Shown here piece after piece: positions 1-10,612 of a stretch of DNA of 64,000 nucleotides. A program made the translations under genes and the position numbers. Origin of the DNA: Thermoproteota archaeon (lineage in GTDB: Archaea > Thermoproteota > Methanomethylicia > Methanomethylicales > Methanomethylicaceae); NCBI GenBank assembly GCA_029887765.1, contig JARXPF010000001.1, positions 64,488 to 128,487 of the forward strand. Direction: 5' to 3'. The notes beneath the pieces are model-generated. The model was given only the letters and a program-made list of their open reading frames with translations, made no database searches and had not been told where the DNA came from. Every line of letters begins with the position of its first letter. The stretch's first letter is position 1.

Positions 1-7
1 TACCCCC

Positions 8-1468
8 CTATCTAATACCAAGCTTACCTGGATTCATAATATTATTTGGATCGAGCATATCTTTTATTTTTGTCATAAGGTATACATAACCTGGATCTGC
101 AGCCGCATTAAGTTCATTCATATACTCAACTGGCGGTTTGTATGGAAGCATTCCATATGGAATTCCTACTCTTACACATTCAACCATAGCTTCTCTAGCA
201 GCTTTTACTGATTCTGGATCTCTTTTATCAAATGGAGTCATTAATCTAAGCATACCATAGTGAGCGCCTTGAAAATCAGTAAATCTAACAGCTGGAGATA
301 AGTTATGTCTTATGTAAATTTCCTTCCATTTTTCATATAATATTGGCCAATTCTTACATGGTGTAAATGTACCTGGCCAAGCAAGACCTCCACCACATGA
401 TTTAGAATAGTTCTTTGTTGATCCTACAATTCTACTTGGTAATTCTGTTCTTCCTCTCTTAGCTTCTGGTGGATATTCAAAGTCAATGAGTTTTGTACCC
501 CTAGCTCTTTCTTCTTCAACTACTTTCTTCCACATTTTTCTCTTATATTCTAATTCTTCTTCACTCCAACCACTTATTACAGTATAGCTAAACCATTCAG
601 GAGCATCTTTTGGCTTTTCTTGATATGGGAATGGAATTGGAATTTGTGCCAACCACCAACTTACAGCAGTAACTTCATCACATAATGAATAGTGACGCCA
701 ATGGACCATGTATCTTGTCATATCATGAGCAGTTTCAGCAGCAATTGTTAATACATCTCTATATGGCCTAATTGGAAATATCCAAATTCCAAGTTTTGTA
801 ACTATACCAGTAGTACCCATCCATCCTACAAATAATCCATCCATTCTTGGTAATGGTAAGAAGGAATGCCAAGAATCTGAAAATGCACAAGATCCTAACT
901 TAACAACTTCAGCAGTAGGCAAGACTACTTCCATACTTGATATTAATTGACTATTTATTCCTAATCTACCATTTAAATGTCCAATTCCATGATTTATGGC
1001 CATTGCTAAAACAGATGCTGATGCTGGATGTACACCCCAACCAAATTCAAAACCTTTTGAAAATTCATAACCTTCCCATTGTGGATTTGTTGCTTTTAAA
1101 GCTGCAGAAAGTTGAGCATGACTTACTCCTGGTTCTATTACAGCATAACAAGTTTCTGGATCAATCTTTATTATTCTATCCATTCTTTTTAAGTCTATAA
1201 CTATGCCACCTTCTTCTGGTATACATAATCCTCCAATATTTGTTGCATTAACATATGGTATAACTGGTATCTTCAAATGATTTGCAAGACGTAATATACG
1301 CTGAATTTCTGTCACAGTTTTTGGCATTACGACATAGTCAGGCATTCTTGGATCTGCCCATGTTAAATCCCAAGAATATGGTAGTAGAACTGCTTCTTCA
1401 TTACTTACATAATCTGGACCTACAATTTGTTCAAGTTTTGCAAGAACTTCCTTATTTCCTCTTGCCAA
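8..1468 (-). CDS. FAD-linked oxidase (GlcD / D-lactate dehydrogenase family, FAD_binding_4 plus C-terminal oxidase domain)
   Basis: 486-aa ORF. N-terminal PCMH-type FAD-binding region. C-terminal 'DPNNIMNPGKLG' tail typical of FAD-linked oxidases. Paralogous to 20863..22440 (same C-terminal 'DPNNIMAPWLG'). Confidence 0.6.
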   Translation of the reverse strand: MARGNKEVLAKLEQIVGPDYVSNEEAVLLPYSWDLTWADPRMPDYVVMPKTVTEIQRILRLANHLKIPVIPYVNATNIGGLCIPEEGGIVIDLKRMDRIIKIDPETCYAVIEPGVSHAQLSAALKATNPQWEGYEFSKGFEFGWGVHPASASVLAMAINHGIGHLNGRLGINSQLISSMEVVLPTAEVVKLGSCAFSDSWHSFLPLPRMDGLFVGWMGTTGIVTKLGIWIFPIRPYRDVLTIAAETAHDMTRYMVHWRHYSLCDEVTAVSWWLAQIPIPFPYQEKPKDAPEWFSYTVISGWSEEELEYKRKMWKKVVEEERARGTKLIDFEYPPEAKRGRTELPSRIVGSTKNYSKSCGGGLAWPGTFTPCKNWPILYEKWKEIYIRHNLSPAVRFTDFQGAHYGMLRLMTPFDKRDPESVKAAREAMVECVRVGIPYGMLPYKPPVEYMNELNAAADPGYVYLMTKIKDMLDPNNIMNPGKLGIR

Positions 1469-1516
1469 TTTCTCAACTCCTAATCATTTTTTAAGAAAAA
1501 TAAAAATGAATACTTA

Positions 1517-1606
1517 AATATAAATTTCGGTGATGAAAGTCTAATATAATTAGACATATGTAATATAAATTTCGGTGATGAAAGTCTAATATAATTAGAC
1601 ATATGT
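1517..1606. repeat. 45-bp direct tandem duplication (2 units, 1517-1561 and 1562-1606), each containing the palindrome GTCTAAT-ATA-ATTAGAC
   Basis: Read directly: 'aatataaatttcggtgatgaaagtctaatataattagacatatgt' occurs twice back to back. Inverted repeats lie at 1539-1555 and 1584-1600. It sits between divergent gene starts 1468 (-) and 1664 (+). Confidence 0.85.
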
Positions 1607-1663
1607 AAAGCAATATGTTTAAAAACTAATATTCTTAATCTACTCTAAAAAAGGGGGAAGCAA

Positions 1664-3067
1664 TTGTTAAAAGTCATAGATACTACTATAAGAGATGGAC
1701 AACAATCTCTCTTTGCAACAAGAATAAAAATAGAAGATATACTTCCAATATTAAGTAAAATGGATGAAGTAGGTTTCTATGGTTTAGAAGCTTGGGGAGG
1801 GGCCACATTTGATGTTGCAATAAGATATTTAAATGAAGATCCTTGGGAAAGATTAAGAAAAATTAAAAGAGCTTTAAAGAAAACAAAAGTAGTAATGTTA
1901 TTAAGAGGAAAGAATTTAGTTGGTTATAAACATTATCCTGATGAAGTTGTGGAGGTTTTTGTTAAAAAAGCATATGAAAATGGAGTGGATGTTTTTAGAA
2001 TTTTTGATGCACTTAATGATATAAATAATTTAAAGAAAGCTATAAAAACAGCAAAAGAAGTAGGAGCTGAAGTTCATGGAGATGTAGTATATACTCGTAG
2101 TCCAATTCATTCAGTCAATTATTTTATTGATGTAGCAAAACAATTAGCAGAATTAGAAGTAGATGCTATAAGAATAAAGGATATGGCTGGACTACTATCT
2201 CCAAGAGACGCCTTTGATTTAGTAAGAGGAATAAAAAAAGAAACAGGTCTTCCTGTTGGACTTCATTCTCATTATTCATGTGGATTAGCAGCACTATCTT
2301 ATATGAAAGGAATAGAGGCAGGGGCTGATTTTATTGATACTGCATTACATCCTTTTGCATTTGGCACTTCTCAACCATCAATAGAAGTTTTATATGATGC
2401 TTTAAAAGATACTGGATTATTGTCACATTTAAAAATAGAATTAGTATATGAATGTGCAGAATACTTTGAAAAATTAAGAGATAGATACAAAGGCTATTCT
2501 TCAGAATATACAGATAGAATAGATCCAAAAGCTTTGAGACATCAAATACCTGGTGGAATGATGTCTAATTTAATTGCTCAATTAAAAGAATATAATGCAT
2601 TATTTAAATTAAATGAAGTTTTAAATGAAGTCCCTATTGTTAGAAAAGATCTTGGATATCCTCCATTAGTAACTCCAATGAGTCAAATTGTTGGAACACA
2701 AGCAGTTATAAATGTTATTACTGGAAAGAGATATAGTGTATTAATAAAAGAAGTAGAAGATTATATAAGAGGATTTTATGGAAGACCACCTGGTGAAATT
2801 AATAAGGAATTGTTAGAAAAAGTAAAACCTACAAATCCTCCTAAAGAATTAACATTTAAAGATATACCTGAAGATGTTAAGGCTTTATTTAAAAAAGAAG
2901 AGGATGCCCTTACTTATCTTCTATTTCCACAAATAGCAGTACAATTTTTAAAAGGTGAAATAAAAAACATTCTTCCAGAAAAGAAGGAAGAAAAGAAGAA
3001 AGAAATTAAATGGTTTAGGATTAAAATTGGTGATGAAGAAATTGAAGTGAAAATTGAAGGACAATGA
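1664..3067 (+). CDS. Carboxyltransferase-domain protein (pyruvate carboxylase subunit B / oxaloacetate decarboxylase alpha-like TIM barrel); no clear biotinyl (AMKM) domain
   Basis: 467 aa. N-terminus 'VIDTTIRDGQQS' and 'IKDMAGLL' match the PycB/OadA carboxyltransferase domain. TTG start at 1664 preceded by 'aagggggaag' SD. C-terminus lacks the AMKM biotin attachment motif. Confidence 0.6.
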   Translation: MLKVIDTTIRDGQQSLFATRIKIEDILPILSKMDEVGFYGLEAWGGATFDVAIRYLNEDPWERLRKIKRALKKTKVVMLLRGKNLVGYKHYPDEVVEVFVKKAYENGVDVFRIFDALNDINNLKKAIKTAKEVGAEVHGDVVYTRSPIHSVNYFIDVAKQLAELEVDAIRIKDMAGLLSPRDAFDLVRGIKKETGLPVGLHSHYSCGLAALSYMKGIEAGADFIDTALHPFAFGTSQPSIEVLYDALKDTGLLSHLKIELVYECAEYFEKLRDRYKGYSSEYTDRIDPKALRHQIPGGMMSNLIAQLKEYNALFKLNEVLNEVPIVRKDLGYPPLVTPMSQIVGTQAVINVITGKRYSVLIKEVEDYIRGFYGRPPGEINKELLEKVKPTNPPKELTFKDIPEDVKALFKKEEDALTYLLFPQIAVQFLKGEIKNILPEKKEEKKKEIKWFRIKIGDEEIEVKIEGQ

Positions 3068-3108
3068 ATTTAAATAATATTAAAATAAATTCTTAAAGGG
3101 GATTAATT

Positions 3109-4149
3109 ATGGAATTATTGAAAAAAATAAGTGAGGCCCCAGGAATCTCAGGATTTGAATATGGAATTGCTGAAATTTTAAAAAAAGAGTTAAAGGATTA
3201 TGTAGATAAAATAGAAGAAGACAAATTTGGAAATTTATATGCTTATAAAGGAGAAGGATTAAAAACCATAATGATTACAGCACATATGGATGAAATTGGA
3301 CTTATAGTAAAACACATAGATAATAAAGGATTCATAAGATTTGCAAAAGTTGGAGGAGTGCCGGATCATGTATTATTAGGTCAAAGAGTACAAATACATG
3401 GTAAATATAAAAGAGTATATGGAGTAATAGGATGTAAAGCAATACATGTAATGAAGGAGGAAGAAAGAAAACAATTAGTAACATATGATAAGATGTTTAT
3501 AGATACTGGAGCAACAAAAGAACAATTAGAAAAATATGGAATTAAAATAGGCACTCCAATAACTATAGAAAGGAATCTTATTGAAATAGAAAATGGTCTT
3601 ATAGTTGGTAGAGCTATGGATGATAGAGCAGGATGTTATATTTTAATTGAAGCTTTGAAAAAAGCAAAACCAGTTAATAAAATAGTAGCAGTATTTACTG
3701 TTCAAGAAGAAGTTGGTCTAAGAGGAGCCACTGTAAGTTCCTTTGCAGTAAAGCCAGATATAGGAATTGCCATAGATACAACCATTGCAGGAGATCATCC
3801 AGAAATAGGAGAAAGTGAAGCTCCAGTAAAATTAAGTCAAGGACCTGTGATAGTAGTTGCTGATGGTAGAAGAGAATCCTTAGGAGGGGGGTTATTGGCA
3901 AATCCATTAGTAATGAATTGGATTTTAGAAATTGCAGAAAAATCAAAAATAAAATATCAATTAGAAGTATTAGAAGGAGGTACAACTGATGCTGCTGCTA
4001 TTCAATTATCAAGAGAGGGCGTGCCATCTGGTTGTATTTCAATACCAGCAAGATATGTGCATACTTTTAGTGAAGTAATATCAAAAGAAGATCTTGAAAA
4101 TGCAATTAAACTATTAGTAAATATAATGGAAAGTAGTACACCACTTTAG
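3109..4149 (+). CDS. M42 family (TET/FrvX-type) aminopeptidase
   Basis: 346 aa. 'ITAHMDEIGLIV' and overall M42 glutamyl-aminopeptidase-like architecture. Confidence 0.65.
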   Translation: MELLKKISEAPGISGFEYGIAEILKKELKDYVDKIEEDKFGNLYAYKGEGLKTIMITAHMDEIGLIVKHIDNKGFIRFAKVGGVPDHVLLGQRVQIHGKYKRVYGVIGCKAIHVMKEEERKQLVTYDKMFIDTGATKEQLEKYGIKIGTPITIERNLIEIENGLIVGRAMDDRAGCYILIEALKKAKPVNKIVAVFTVQEEVGLRGATVSSFAVKPDIGIAIDTTIAGDHPEIGESEAPVKLSQGPVIVVADGRRESLGGGLLANPLVMNWILEIAEKSKIKYQLEVLEGGTTDAAAIQLSREGVPSGCISIPARYVHTFSEVISKEDLENAIKLLVNIMESSTPL

Positions 4150-4159
4150 TGTGAAATAA

Positions 4160-4858
4160 ATGACTTTGCGTTATTATTTACAAAAAATTATTGAAAGTCA
4201 TGAAATAGGTTTAATAAGTGATGATATTTTCAAAGAATTTTTCAATATACTACCTAAGGTAGATAATATTATAAATGAAATTGAAAAAATTTTTGATTTA
4301 AAATTTCCGCCAATTATTATTGATCCAAATTTAATAATAATAAAATATCCTTCAAGTTTTACTAAAACAGTTGTTTATGCATTAACAAAAATACAAAAAT
4401 TAAATAGTGAATATAGACTTTGTATTGAAATTAGTCTTCCTTTCATATTATTTGCAAAGGAAGATTTGCTCAAAGCTTGCTTAATACATGAATTTTTACA
4501 TTATATATATGCAACTATAATAATTGGAAAGAAAGATATTGAAAAATTATCAAGTCAAAAACCCATATCACCAGAAGTGTTAATAGGTTTTGATGATGTA
4601 TATATGGTCAAACCTGAAGATTGGATAAAAAATAGTGAAATTATAAATTTACTTAAGAAATATTTTAATCCCATTATAAAAGATAGTGATTTAGAAGAAA
4701 AAATTAATGAAAATTGGATTAAGAAATCGCTTCCAATAAAAGAGATTAAATCTGAAAATCTTCAAATTAGAATACCAATTCTTGAAGTTGATAAAATATT
4801 ATTAGATAATAAAATATTAGAACGTGTAAAGAATATTGACAAATATTTTATTAAATAG
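4160..4858 (+). CDS. Hypothetical protein with HExxH motif (possible zinc metallopeptidase)
   Basis: 232-aa ORF; 'LIHEFLHYIY' contains HEFLH. No further recognisable family. Confidence 0.3.
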   Translation: MTLRYYLQKIIESHEIGLISDDIFKEFFNILPKVDNIINEIEKIFDLKFPPIIIDPNLIIIKYPSSFTKTVVYALTKIQKLNSEYRLCIEISLPFILFAKEDLLKACLIHEFLHYIYATIIIGKKDIEKLSSQKPISPEVLIGFDDVYMVKPEDWIKNSEIINLLKKYFNPIIKDSDLEEKINENWIKKSLPIKEIKSENLQIRIPILEVDKILLDNKILERVKNIDKYFIK

Positions 4859-4869
4859 AATTAGAATAA

Positions 4870-6129
4870 TTGACTATTATGGACTATGTTATAAAAGACA
4901 TAGGATTAGCTGAAAAAGGAAAGAACTTAATAAAGTGGGCAGAAGATCATATGCCAGTAGTAATGGAAATAAGGAAAAGATTTTTAGAAGAAAAACCTCT
5001 TGAAGGTATAAGAATAGGAGCTTGTTTACATGTAACAAAAGAGACTGCAGTTTTAATTAAAACACTTAAATTAGGAGGGGCAGATATTGCACTTACTGCT
5101 TCAAATCCATTATCTACACAAGATGAAGTAGCAGCAGCACTTGTATTAGAAGGAATAAGTGTATATGCAATAAGAGGAGAGAGTAGAGAAGAATATTATG
5201 AATTTATAGATAAAGTATTAAAAACAGAGCCTATGATAACAATAGATGATGGTGCAGATTTAGTAACATCACTTCATCAAGGAAAAGGAAATTTAAAAAA
5301 AGTAATTGGTGGAACTGAAGAAACCACTACTGGTGTTCTAAGACTTAAAGCTTTAGCTGAAAAAGGATTATTAAAATATCCAATAATTGCAGTAAATAAT
5401 GCTGAAACTAAGTGGGATTTTGATAATGTTTATGGAACAGGTCAAAGTACTATAGATGGAATTTTAAGAGCAACTAATGTATTAATATCTGGAAAAAAAT
5501 TTGTAGTAGCTGGTTATGGACATTGTGGTAGAGGAATAGCAATAAGAGCAAGAGGTATGGGTGCTCGAGTTATAGTCACTGAAGTAGATCCATTTAGAGC
5601 TTTAAAAGCAATTATGGATGGATTTGAAGTTATGCAAATGGAAGAAGCTGCAAAATGTGGTGATATTTTTGTAACTGCAACTGGAAATAAAAATGTTATT
5701 AGAAAAGAACATTTTGAACTTATGAAAGATGGTGCTATACTTGCAAATGCTGGACACTTTAATGTTGAAATAGATGTAAAAAGTTTAGAAGAAATAAAAA
5801 TTTCTAAAAGAAAAATAAGAGAAAATGTAGAAGAATATATTCTAAGAGATGGAAAGAAAATATACCTAATAGCTGAAGGAAGGCTTGTAAATCTTGTAGC
5901 TGCAGAAGGACATCCAAGTGAAGTAATGGATATGAGTTTTGCTAATCAAGCTCTTTGTATTGAATTTTTAAAGAAAAATGCTGAAAAATTAATGCCAAAA
6001 GTTTATGATGTTCCAAGAGAAATTGATGAAATTGTAGCGAAATTAAAATTAAAGACTATGGGGATTAAAATTGATGTAATGACTGAAGAACAAATAAATT
6101 ATATAAAGAGTTGGTGGGAAGGCACTTGA
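4870..6129 (+). CDS. ahcY: Adenosylhomocysteinase (S-adenosyl-L-homocysteine hydrolase)
   Basis: 419 aa, archaeal-length AhcY. N-terminal substrate domain and NAD-binding Rossmann '[13 protein letters not shown]'. Conserved 'HFNVEID' region. Confidence 0.8.
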   Translation: MTIMDYVIKDIGLAEKGKNLIKWAEDHMPVVMEIRKRFLEEKPLEGIRIGACLHVTKETAVLIKTLKLGGADIALTASNPLSTQDEVAAALVLEGISVYAIRGESREEYYEFIDKVLKTEPMITIDDGADLVTSLHQGKGNLKKVIGGTEETTTGVLRLKALAEKGLLKYPIIAVNNAETKWDFDNVYGTGQSTIDGILRATNVLISGKKFVVAGYGHCGRGIAIRARGMGARVIVTEVDPFRALKAIMDGFEVMQMEEAAKCGDIFVTATGNKNVIRKEHFELMKDGAILANAGHFNVEIDVKSLEEIKISKRKIRENVEEYILRDGKKIYLIAEGRLVNLVAAEGHPSEVMDMSFANQALCIEFLKKNAEKLMPKVYDVPREIDEIVAKLKLKTMGIKIDVMTEEQINYIKSWWEGT

Positions 6130-6869
6130 TGGAGAAATTAAATTTCATATATAATTATTTGAAAGTTAAATCAAAAGTTTTAGGAATTAAATTATTTGAT
6201 TCTGAAATAAAAACTAAAATCCAAAGAAGACCAAGGAAAAGATTAACTATATGTCAAATTATAAATGCTTCAAGATTATATGGATGGGCTTGGACTGTTT
6301 TATCAGAAGATGTGGAATGTGTACTAGGAGCTATAGCACTAGGATTAGAAAATACAAACTTTGTCGATAATAAAGAAATCTTTATGAGATTAGGATATGT
6401 AAATGATGATGAAAGTGCTAAAAGATTTGCAAGTTCAATTCCAAAAATTAATAAATTAAATAAAGGATTTATAATAGGACCTTTAGATACTTTTGATATT
6501 GAACCAGATCTTTTCATAATTTATGGAAATAGTGCACAAATGATGAGACTTATACAAGGAGTAGTATATGCAATGGAAGGTGAAAGATTGGTTTTTAGTA
6601 CATCAGGAGATTGTGGAATCTGTGGTGATGGTATTGCTAATGGTTATAATACTCAAAAACCTCAAATTGTAATACCATGTTATGGAGAGAGAAGGTTTGG
6701 ACATTCTCAAGATGATGAATTAGCAATGGTAATACCATTTAGATATTTGGAAAAAATTATAGAAGGTTTAGAAAAAACTCATAATGTTGGTATTCGCTAT
6801 CCAATTCCTATAGCAGCTGCTATTTCAGAATTAGAAATCCCTGAAATCCTTAAGATAAGACGGCCCTAA
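6129..6869 (+). CDS. DUF169-family protein
   Basis: ORF track frame 6111..6869. ATG at 6129 overlaps the ahcY stop as TGATG (translational coupling), so 6129 is preferred. Cys-rich 'DCGICGDG' region. Family assignment by recollection only. Confidence 0.4.
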   Translation: MEKLNFIYNYLKVKSKVLGIKLFDSEIKTKIQRRPRKRLTICQIINASRLYGWAWTVLSEDVECVLGAIALGLENTNFVDNKEIFMRLGYVNDDESAKRFASSIPKINKLNKGFIIGPLDTFDIEPDLFIIYGNSAQMMRLIQGVVYAMEGERLVFSTSGDCGICGDGIANGYNTQKPQIVIPCYGERRFGHSQDDELAMVIPFRYLEKIIEGLEKTHNVGIRYPIPIAAAISELEIPEILKIRRP

Positions 6870-7839
6870 CCATAGCTTTTATATTTCTTGTTGGAGTACG
6901 AGGAGCAATTCCACAACTAGGTGCTACAATATCTACTCCTAAGGACATAGCTTGTTTAGTAGCATTAAAGACTTCTTCTTCAGTTCCATTAAGCAATACT
7001 CCAGCAGAAGGTATATTACCAATTATTGCAACTTTCTTTTCTTTAAGAATTGATTTAGCAGTAGGTAAATCAACTTTTTCCTCAATACTTAATCCAGAGA
7101 AACCACAATCAGCCATATGATGAATAATAGGAGTGGCATTTCCACAAATATGAAGAACTGATCGTTTTGAAATTTTTGCTATGGATTTTAATGGTTCTTT
7201 TGAAAATTTTTCAAACATTTTTGGACTTATTACTGATGGGGATGCTGTTGGATCCGCAGGAGCAATAATATCAGCACCTTCTTTTATTAATTCCTTAGCA
7301 TATATAACACAAGCTTCTTCTGCTTTTTCTAAATAAGTTTTAACTTCATCAGGCTTTCTTATCATCATGAGACACAAACGTTCTACACCTAACATATGAC
7401 CAGCTAATGTTGTTGGACCTTCAAAACCAACAATTAATGGAACGTTTAATTTCATTTCTTTTATTCTATGGATTGCATCTAAAATTACTTGAATTCTATA
7501 ACTATCTAGAAGTTTTTCTGTATTTGGTATTTTTCCTTGATCATATAATGTTTTTGCTACAGATGGTTGTCTATCTTCCCTTCCTTTTTCTATAATACAA
7601 CCCATTGATTCTGCTAAAACTGTAAGACAAAAAGGAATTCTAACACCTTCTAATCCTGCAATAGTATGAGCAGCTATGGCTAATTTTGCCATTAATTCTC
7701 CATTAAAATGAGCTTCTGGCCAATATGCTCCTGAGGCAGTCATAAGTTCAACAGTACCAGTTTGTGTCATTGAAAGTACAGAAGGTCGATCTACAACTTC
7801 TCCATCTAATATTTTAAAAGTTCTTTCTTTTGGACTCAT
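6850..7839 (-). CDS. URO-D family methylcobamide:CoM methyltransferase (MtaA/MtbA/MtsA-like)
   Basis: 329 aa. Uroporphyrinogen-decarboxylase-fold methyltransferase features. Similar in length and architecture to 14763..15803. Confidence 0.6.
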   Translation of the reverse strand: MSPKERTFKILDGEVVDRPSVLSMTQTGTVELMTASGAYWPEAHFNGELMAKLAIAAHTIAGLEGVRIPFCLTVLAESMGCIIEKGREDRQPSVAKTLYDQGKIPNTEKLLDSYRIQVILDAIHRIKEMKLNVPLIVGFEGPTTLAGHMLGVERLCLMMIRKPDEVKTYLEKAEEACVIYAKELIKEGADIIAPADPTASPSVISPKMFEKFSKEPLKSIAKISKRSVLHICGNATPIIHHMADCGFSGLSIEEKVDLPTAKSILKEKKVAIIGNIPSAGVLLNGTEEEVFNATKQAMSLGVDIVAPSCGIAPRTPTRNIKAMVRAVLS

Positions 7840-7875
7840 AATTATATTTAAAATAAAAAAATTATAAAAAAGTTT

Positions 7876-9561
7876 TTAGAATTGTTCAAATTTAAGAAAG
7901 GCTTCTCTTTCTTCAGGTGTATAGCCTTTTCTCCATCTTTTTCTTGCCCATTCGAATACATATATCAATGTTATAATTGCAGCCATTAAAGATACAGTGC
8001 CAGGAACTACTGCACCTGCACTATAATTCCACCATGCTCCATAAATTGAAGCTGGAAGAGATATACCAAATAATGTTACAAATGTTGCAATTCTCCAAAA
8101 TATTGGGTTTTTACCATGTAACCTCGCCCATTCTCCAACAATTATGAATGAAAATACTGCCAATGATGTTGAAAGAATTGGGAATAATGCCCAAATTTGT
8201 AGATAAGCACCGCTAAGTGCTAATCCTATTACAACAAAGGCAGTTATTATAGCAGCAATCCATCTAGATGCTGTAACATATTTTGTTATTCTCTTCTTTG
8301 TTAATAATTGAACAAATTCTAATCCTAATACTCTCATATTTCTAAAACCTGAATAGAATGTACTCATAATGAATACAAGTACAATCCACATACCAAATAG
8401 CATAAGTAATTCCCTATCTAATGGTAATATTGCTCCTACAATTTTTGCAAAACCAAGTCCATAAGCTGCAGTCCAACCTGCTTTTAATGCTGGAATATAT
8501 TCAGTAACAGGAATTACTAACATAGCTAAAAATGCAGTCCATAAGCCTACACTTTCTAAAACTTCTCCTCCATAACCAATTATTCTAACCCATCTTTCTT
8601 CTGGAAAACGTTTACAAGTATATGCACCAATCCAAAATACATGCATGCCAGTAAGAGCTCCACATGAAACCATCATAGTAATTCCAGGATAGAACCAACC
8701 ACTAGGGGTCAATGCTTTATCATAAAATATTAAAGCAGGATAATCAGTTATTGGCATATTGGCAACTAATGCACCAATGAACATTAAAACAACTCCTGTT
8801 GCCATATATAGGAACATCATGAAGTTGGCAGGTTCTGAATATAACCAATTGGGTAAGCATGCAGCCAATATACCAATTATTGCAAGAATTAAATACCATG
8901 CTTCTGCTGGTAGTTTAACAGGATACATCATTCCTACATATAGAGCAATTAAAAATATTATGTACTGTATAATTCCAACTAACCATACAGGCCATCCTTT
9001 TCTATAAAGTAAATATCCTGATGGAGGACCTATTATTGCTAAAAGAATTATAGGTATGAATAAACTTGGTCTTGCAGTAGTTCCAGCAATTACTAATCTT
9101 ACAAAAGCAGCACAAAAGCTTACTATTGCTATATAACCAATAAAAGTAAATAGAAGCCCAGAAAGTGGAGTAATCCATCTATAAGAAACTTCACTCGCTG
9201 TTTGACCACGTTGTCTCATCATAACAAATCCAGTTGCATAATCATGCACAGATCCTAAGAAAATGTTAACTGGTAATACATATAATATACCAGAGGCCCA
9301 TCCCCATTGTGCTATAGCCACACCTCCAGCTAAAGGAGCCCCTCCTGCAGTTGCAGCCCAATGATCGCCGAATAGAGAATAGGGATTAGCAGGATAAAAG
9401 TCAAAGTCATCTCTAAAAGCTACTGCAGGTGTTTTTCTAGAAGGATCAGGTGTAAAATAAACCTTTTCCAATCTCTTTGATACTACGAATACACCAAATA
9501 GCCAGAAAGCCAATCCTATAATAACCAATAAGCCAGTAGTCATTTGCATATACAAGTCCAC
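7876..9561 (-). CDS. cstA: CstA family (carbon starvation protein A-type) transporter
   Basis: 561 aa polytopic membrane protein. 'GDHWAATAGGAPLAGGVAIAQWGW...GSVHDYATGF' matches the CstA signature region. Confidence 0.65.
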   Translation of the reverse strand: MDLYMQMTTGLLVIIGLAFWLFGVFVVSKRLEKVYFTPDPSRKTPAVAFRDDFDFYPANPYSLFGDHWAATAGGAPLAGGVAIAQWGWASGILYVLPVNIFLGSVHDYATGFVMMRQRGQTASEVSYRWITPLSGLLFTFIGYIAIVSFCAAFVRLVIAGTTARPSLFIPIILLAIIGPPSGYLLYRKGWPVWLVGIIQYIIFLIALYVGMMYPVKLPAEAWYLILAIIGILAACLPNWLYSEPANFMMFLYMATGVVLMFIGALVANMPITDYPALIFYDKALTPSGWFYPGITMMVSCGALTGMHVFWIGAYTCKRFPEERWVRIIGYGGEVLESVGLWTAFLAMLVIPVTEYIPALKAGWTAAYGLGFAKIVGAILPLDRELLMLFGMWIVLVFIMSTFYSGFRNMRVLGLEFVQLLTKKRITKYVTASRWIAAIITAFVVIGLALSGAYLQIWALFPILSTSLAVFSFIIVGEWARLHGKNPIFWRIATFVTLFGISLPASIYGAWWNYSAGAVVPGTVSLMAAIITLIYVFEWARKRWRKGYTPEEREAFLKFEQF

Positions 9562-9724
9562 CCATAGATTATTAATAGTTAATCAAATATTTAATAATTT
9601 CCAAAAAATTTAAAAATTAATTATTAATATAACATACTTATATTAGTAGTTTTTGAAAATTTTGGAAAAAAAATTAAATATATTTAATTTTTTACAATAT
9701 TAAAAAAAGAATTATAATATAACA

Positions 9725-10612
9725 TTATATTAATTCAAAACCCCTCAATTTTCCACTATATACCTTATACTCTATAATTAATTGTTGAAGTAGAGTTTGA
9801 AAACTATAAGAAATAGAGGATTTTCTATTTCCTTCCCAACATTCTACAATTGGTCTTTTTCTTTTACCAATTTCAATTATTGCTTTTATCATAGGAAATG
9901 TTTCATCATTTTTTAAACTATAATCAGGATTTATTCCAAGTGATGTTAATAAATGGAAAGTTTCTCTGCCAAAATCCCCAAGATATCTACATGCAATTTC
10001 AATTGAATTTTCTTTACTTGAAATATTTAATATTATGAGATCAATTCTCTCTTTTAACCTATCTTTAATATATTCTTTTAATGGTAATAATTCATTATCA
10101 TATAATAAAATTGGAACTTCTTTTTCAAAAATTGGTCTAAAAGAAATTCTATTCAATAAACTTAATTGCATAGCTCTCATAGCAGAATAAAGTGAAGAAA
10201 ACAATCCTAATCCATTTGATAATAAAAATGTATAAAAAATTTTTACATTTTCTATCTGACTTATTGGGAATATAATTGCAATCAAAGTTCCAATAAAGAA
10301 TCCAATAATTGAAAGTGACCAAATTCTAAGTATTGTTAATCTAAAAATATCAGATGGAGATGTGCCTATATTTATTAATACCATAATTTCATCCTTTGTA
10401 TCATATTCAAAAGCGAAAGATGTAATTAATGTAATGAATAAAGTCAAAATAAATACAATTATGAGATTTATTGTAAGTGCTTCATAAAATATGAAAATAT
10501 AAGTAAGTATTGCAATACTTAAAACTAAACATATTGTCAATGGAAGACGTTGAATTGTTTTCTTTAGAACAATATTTAAAATTATTTCAGTTTTAGGATC
10601 GATTATATTCAT
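9725..10612 (-). CDS. Integral membrane protein (permease-like), function unknown
   Basis: 295-aa ORF with multiple hydrophobic segments. Its stop abuts the start of the upstream membrane ORF. Confidence 0.3.
   Translation of the reverse strand: MNIIDPKTEIILNIVLKKTIQRLPLTICLVLSIAILTYIFIFYEALTINLIIVFILTLFITLITSFAFEYDTKDEIMVLINIGTSPSDIFRLTILRIWSLSIIGFFIGTLIAIIFPISQIENVKIFYTFLLSNGLGLFSSLYSAMRAMQLSLLNRISFRPIFEKEVPILLYDNELLPLKEYIKDRLKERIDLIILNISSKENSIEIACRYLGDFGRETFHLLTSLGINPDYSLKNDETFPMIKAIIEIGKRKRPIVECWEGNRKSSISYSFQTLLQQLIIEYKVYSGKLRGFELI

Noticed and set aside
1664-3067. Possibility that the carboxyltransferase gene is a truncated pyruvate carboxylase B subunit (pseudogene)
   Set aside because: The ORF is intact with a proper stop and plausible start and RBS. 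Stand-alone carboxyltransferase subunits without a fused biotinyl domain exist. Truncation cannot be shown from sequence alone.
6111-6128. First ATG of the DUF169 ORF inside the ahcY coding region
   Set aside because: The second in-frame ATG at 6129 overlaps the ahcY stop as TGATG (classic translational coupling), so 6129 was taken as the more likely start.
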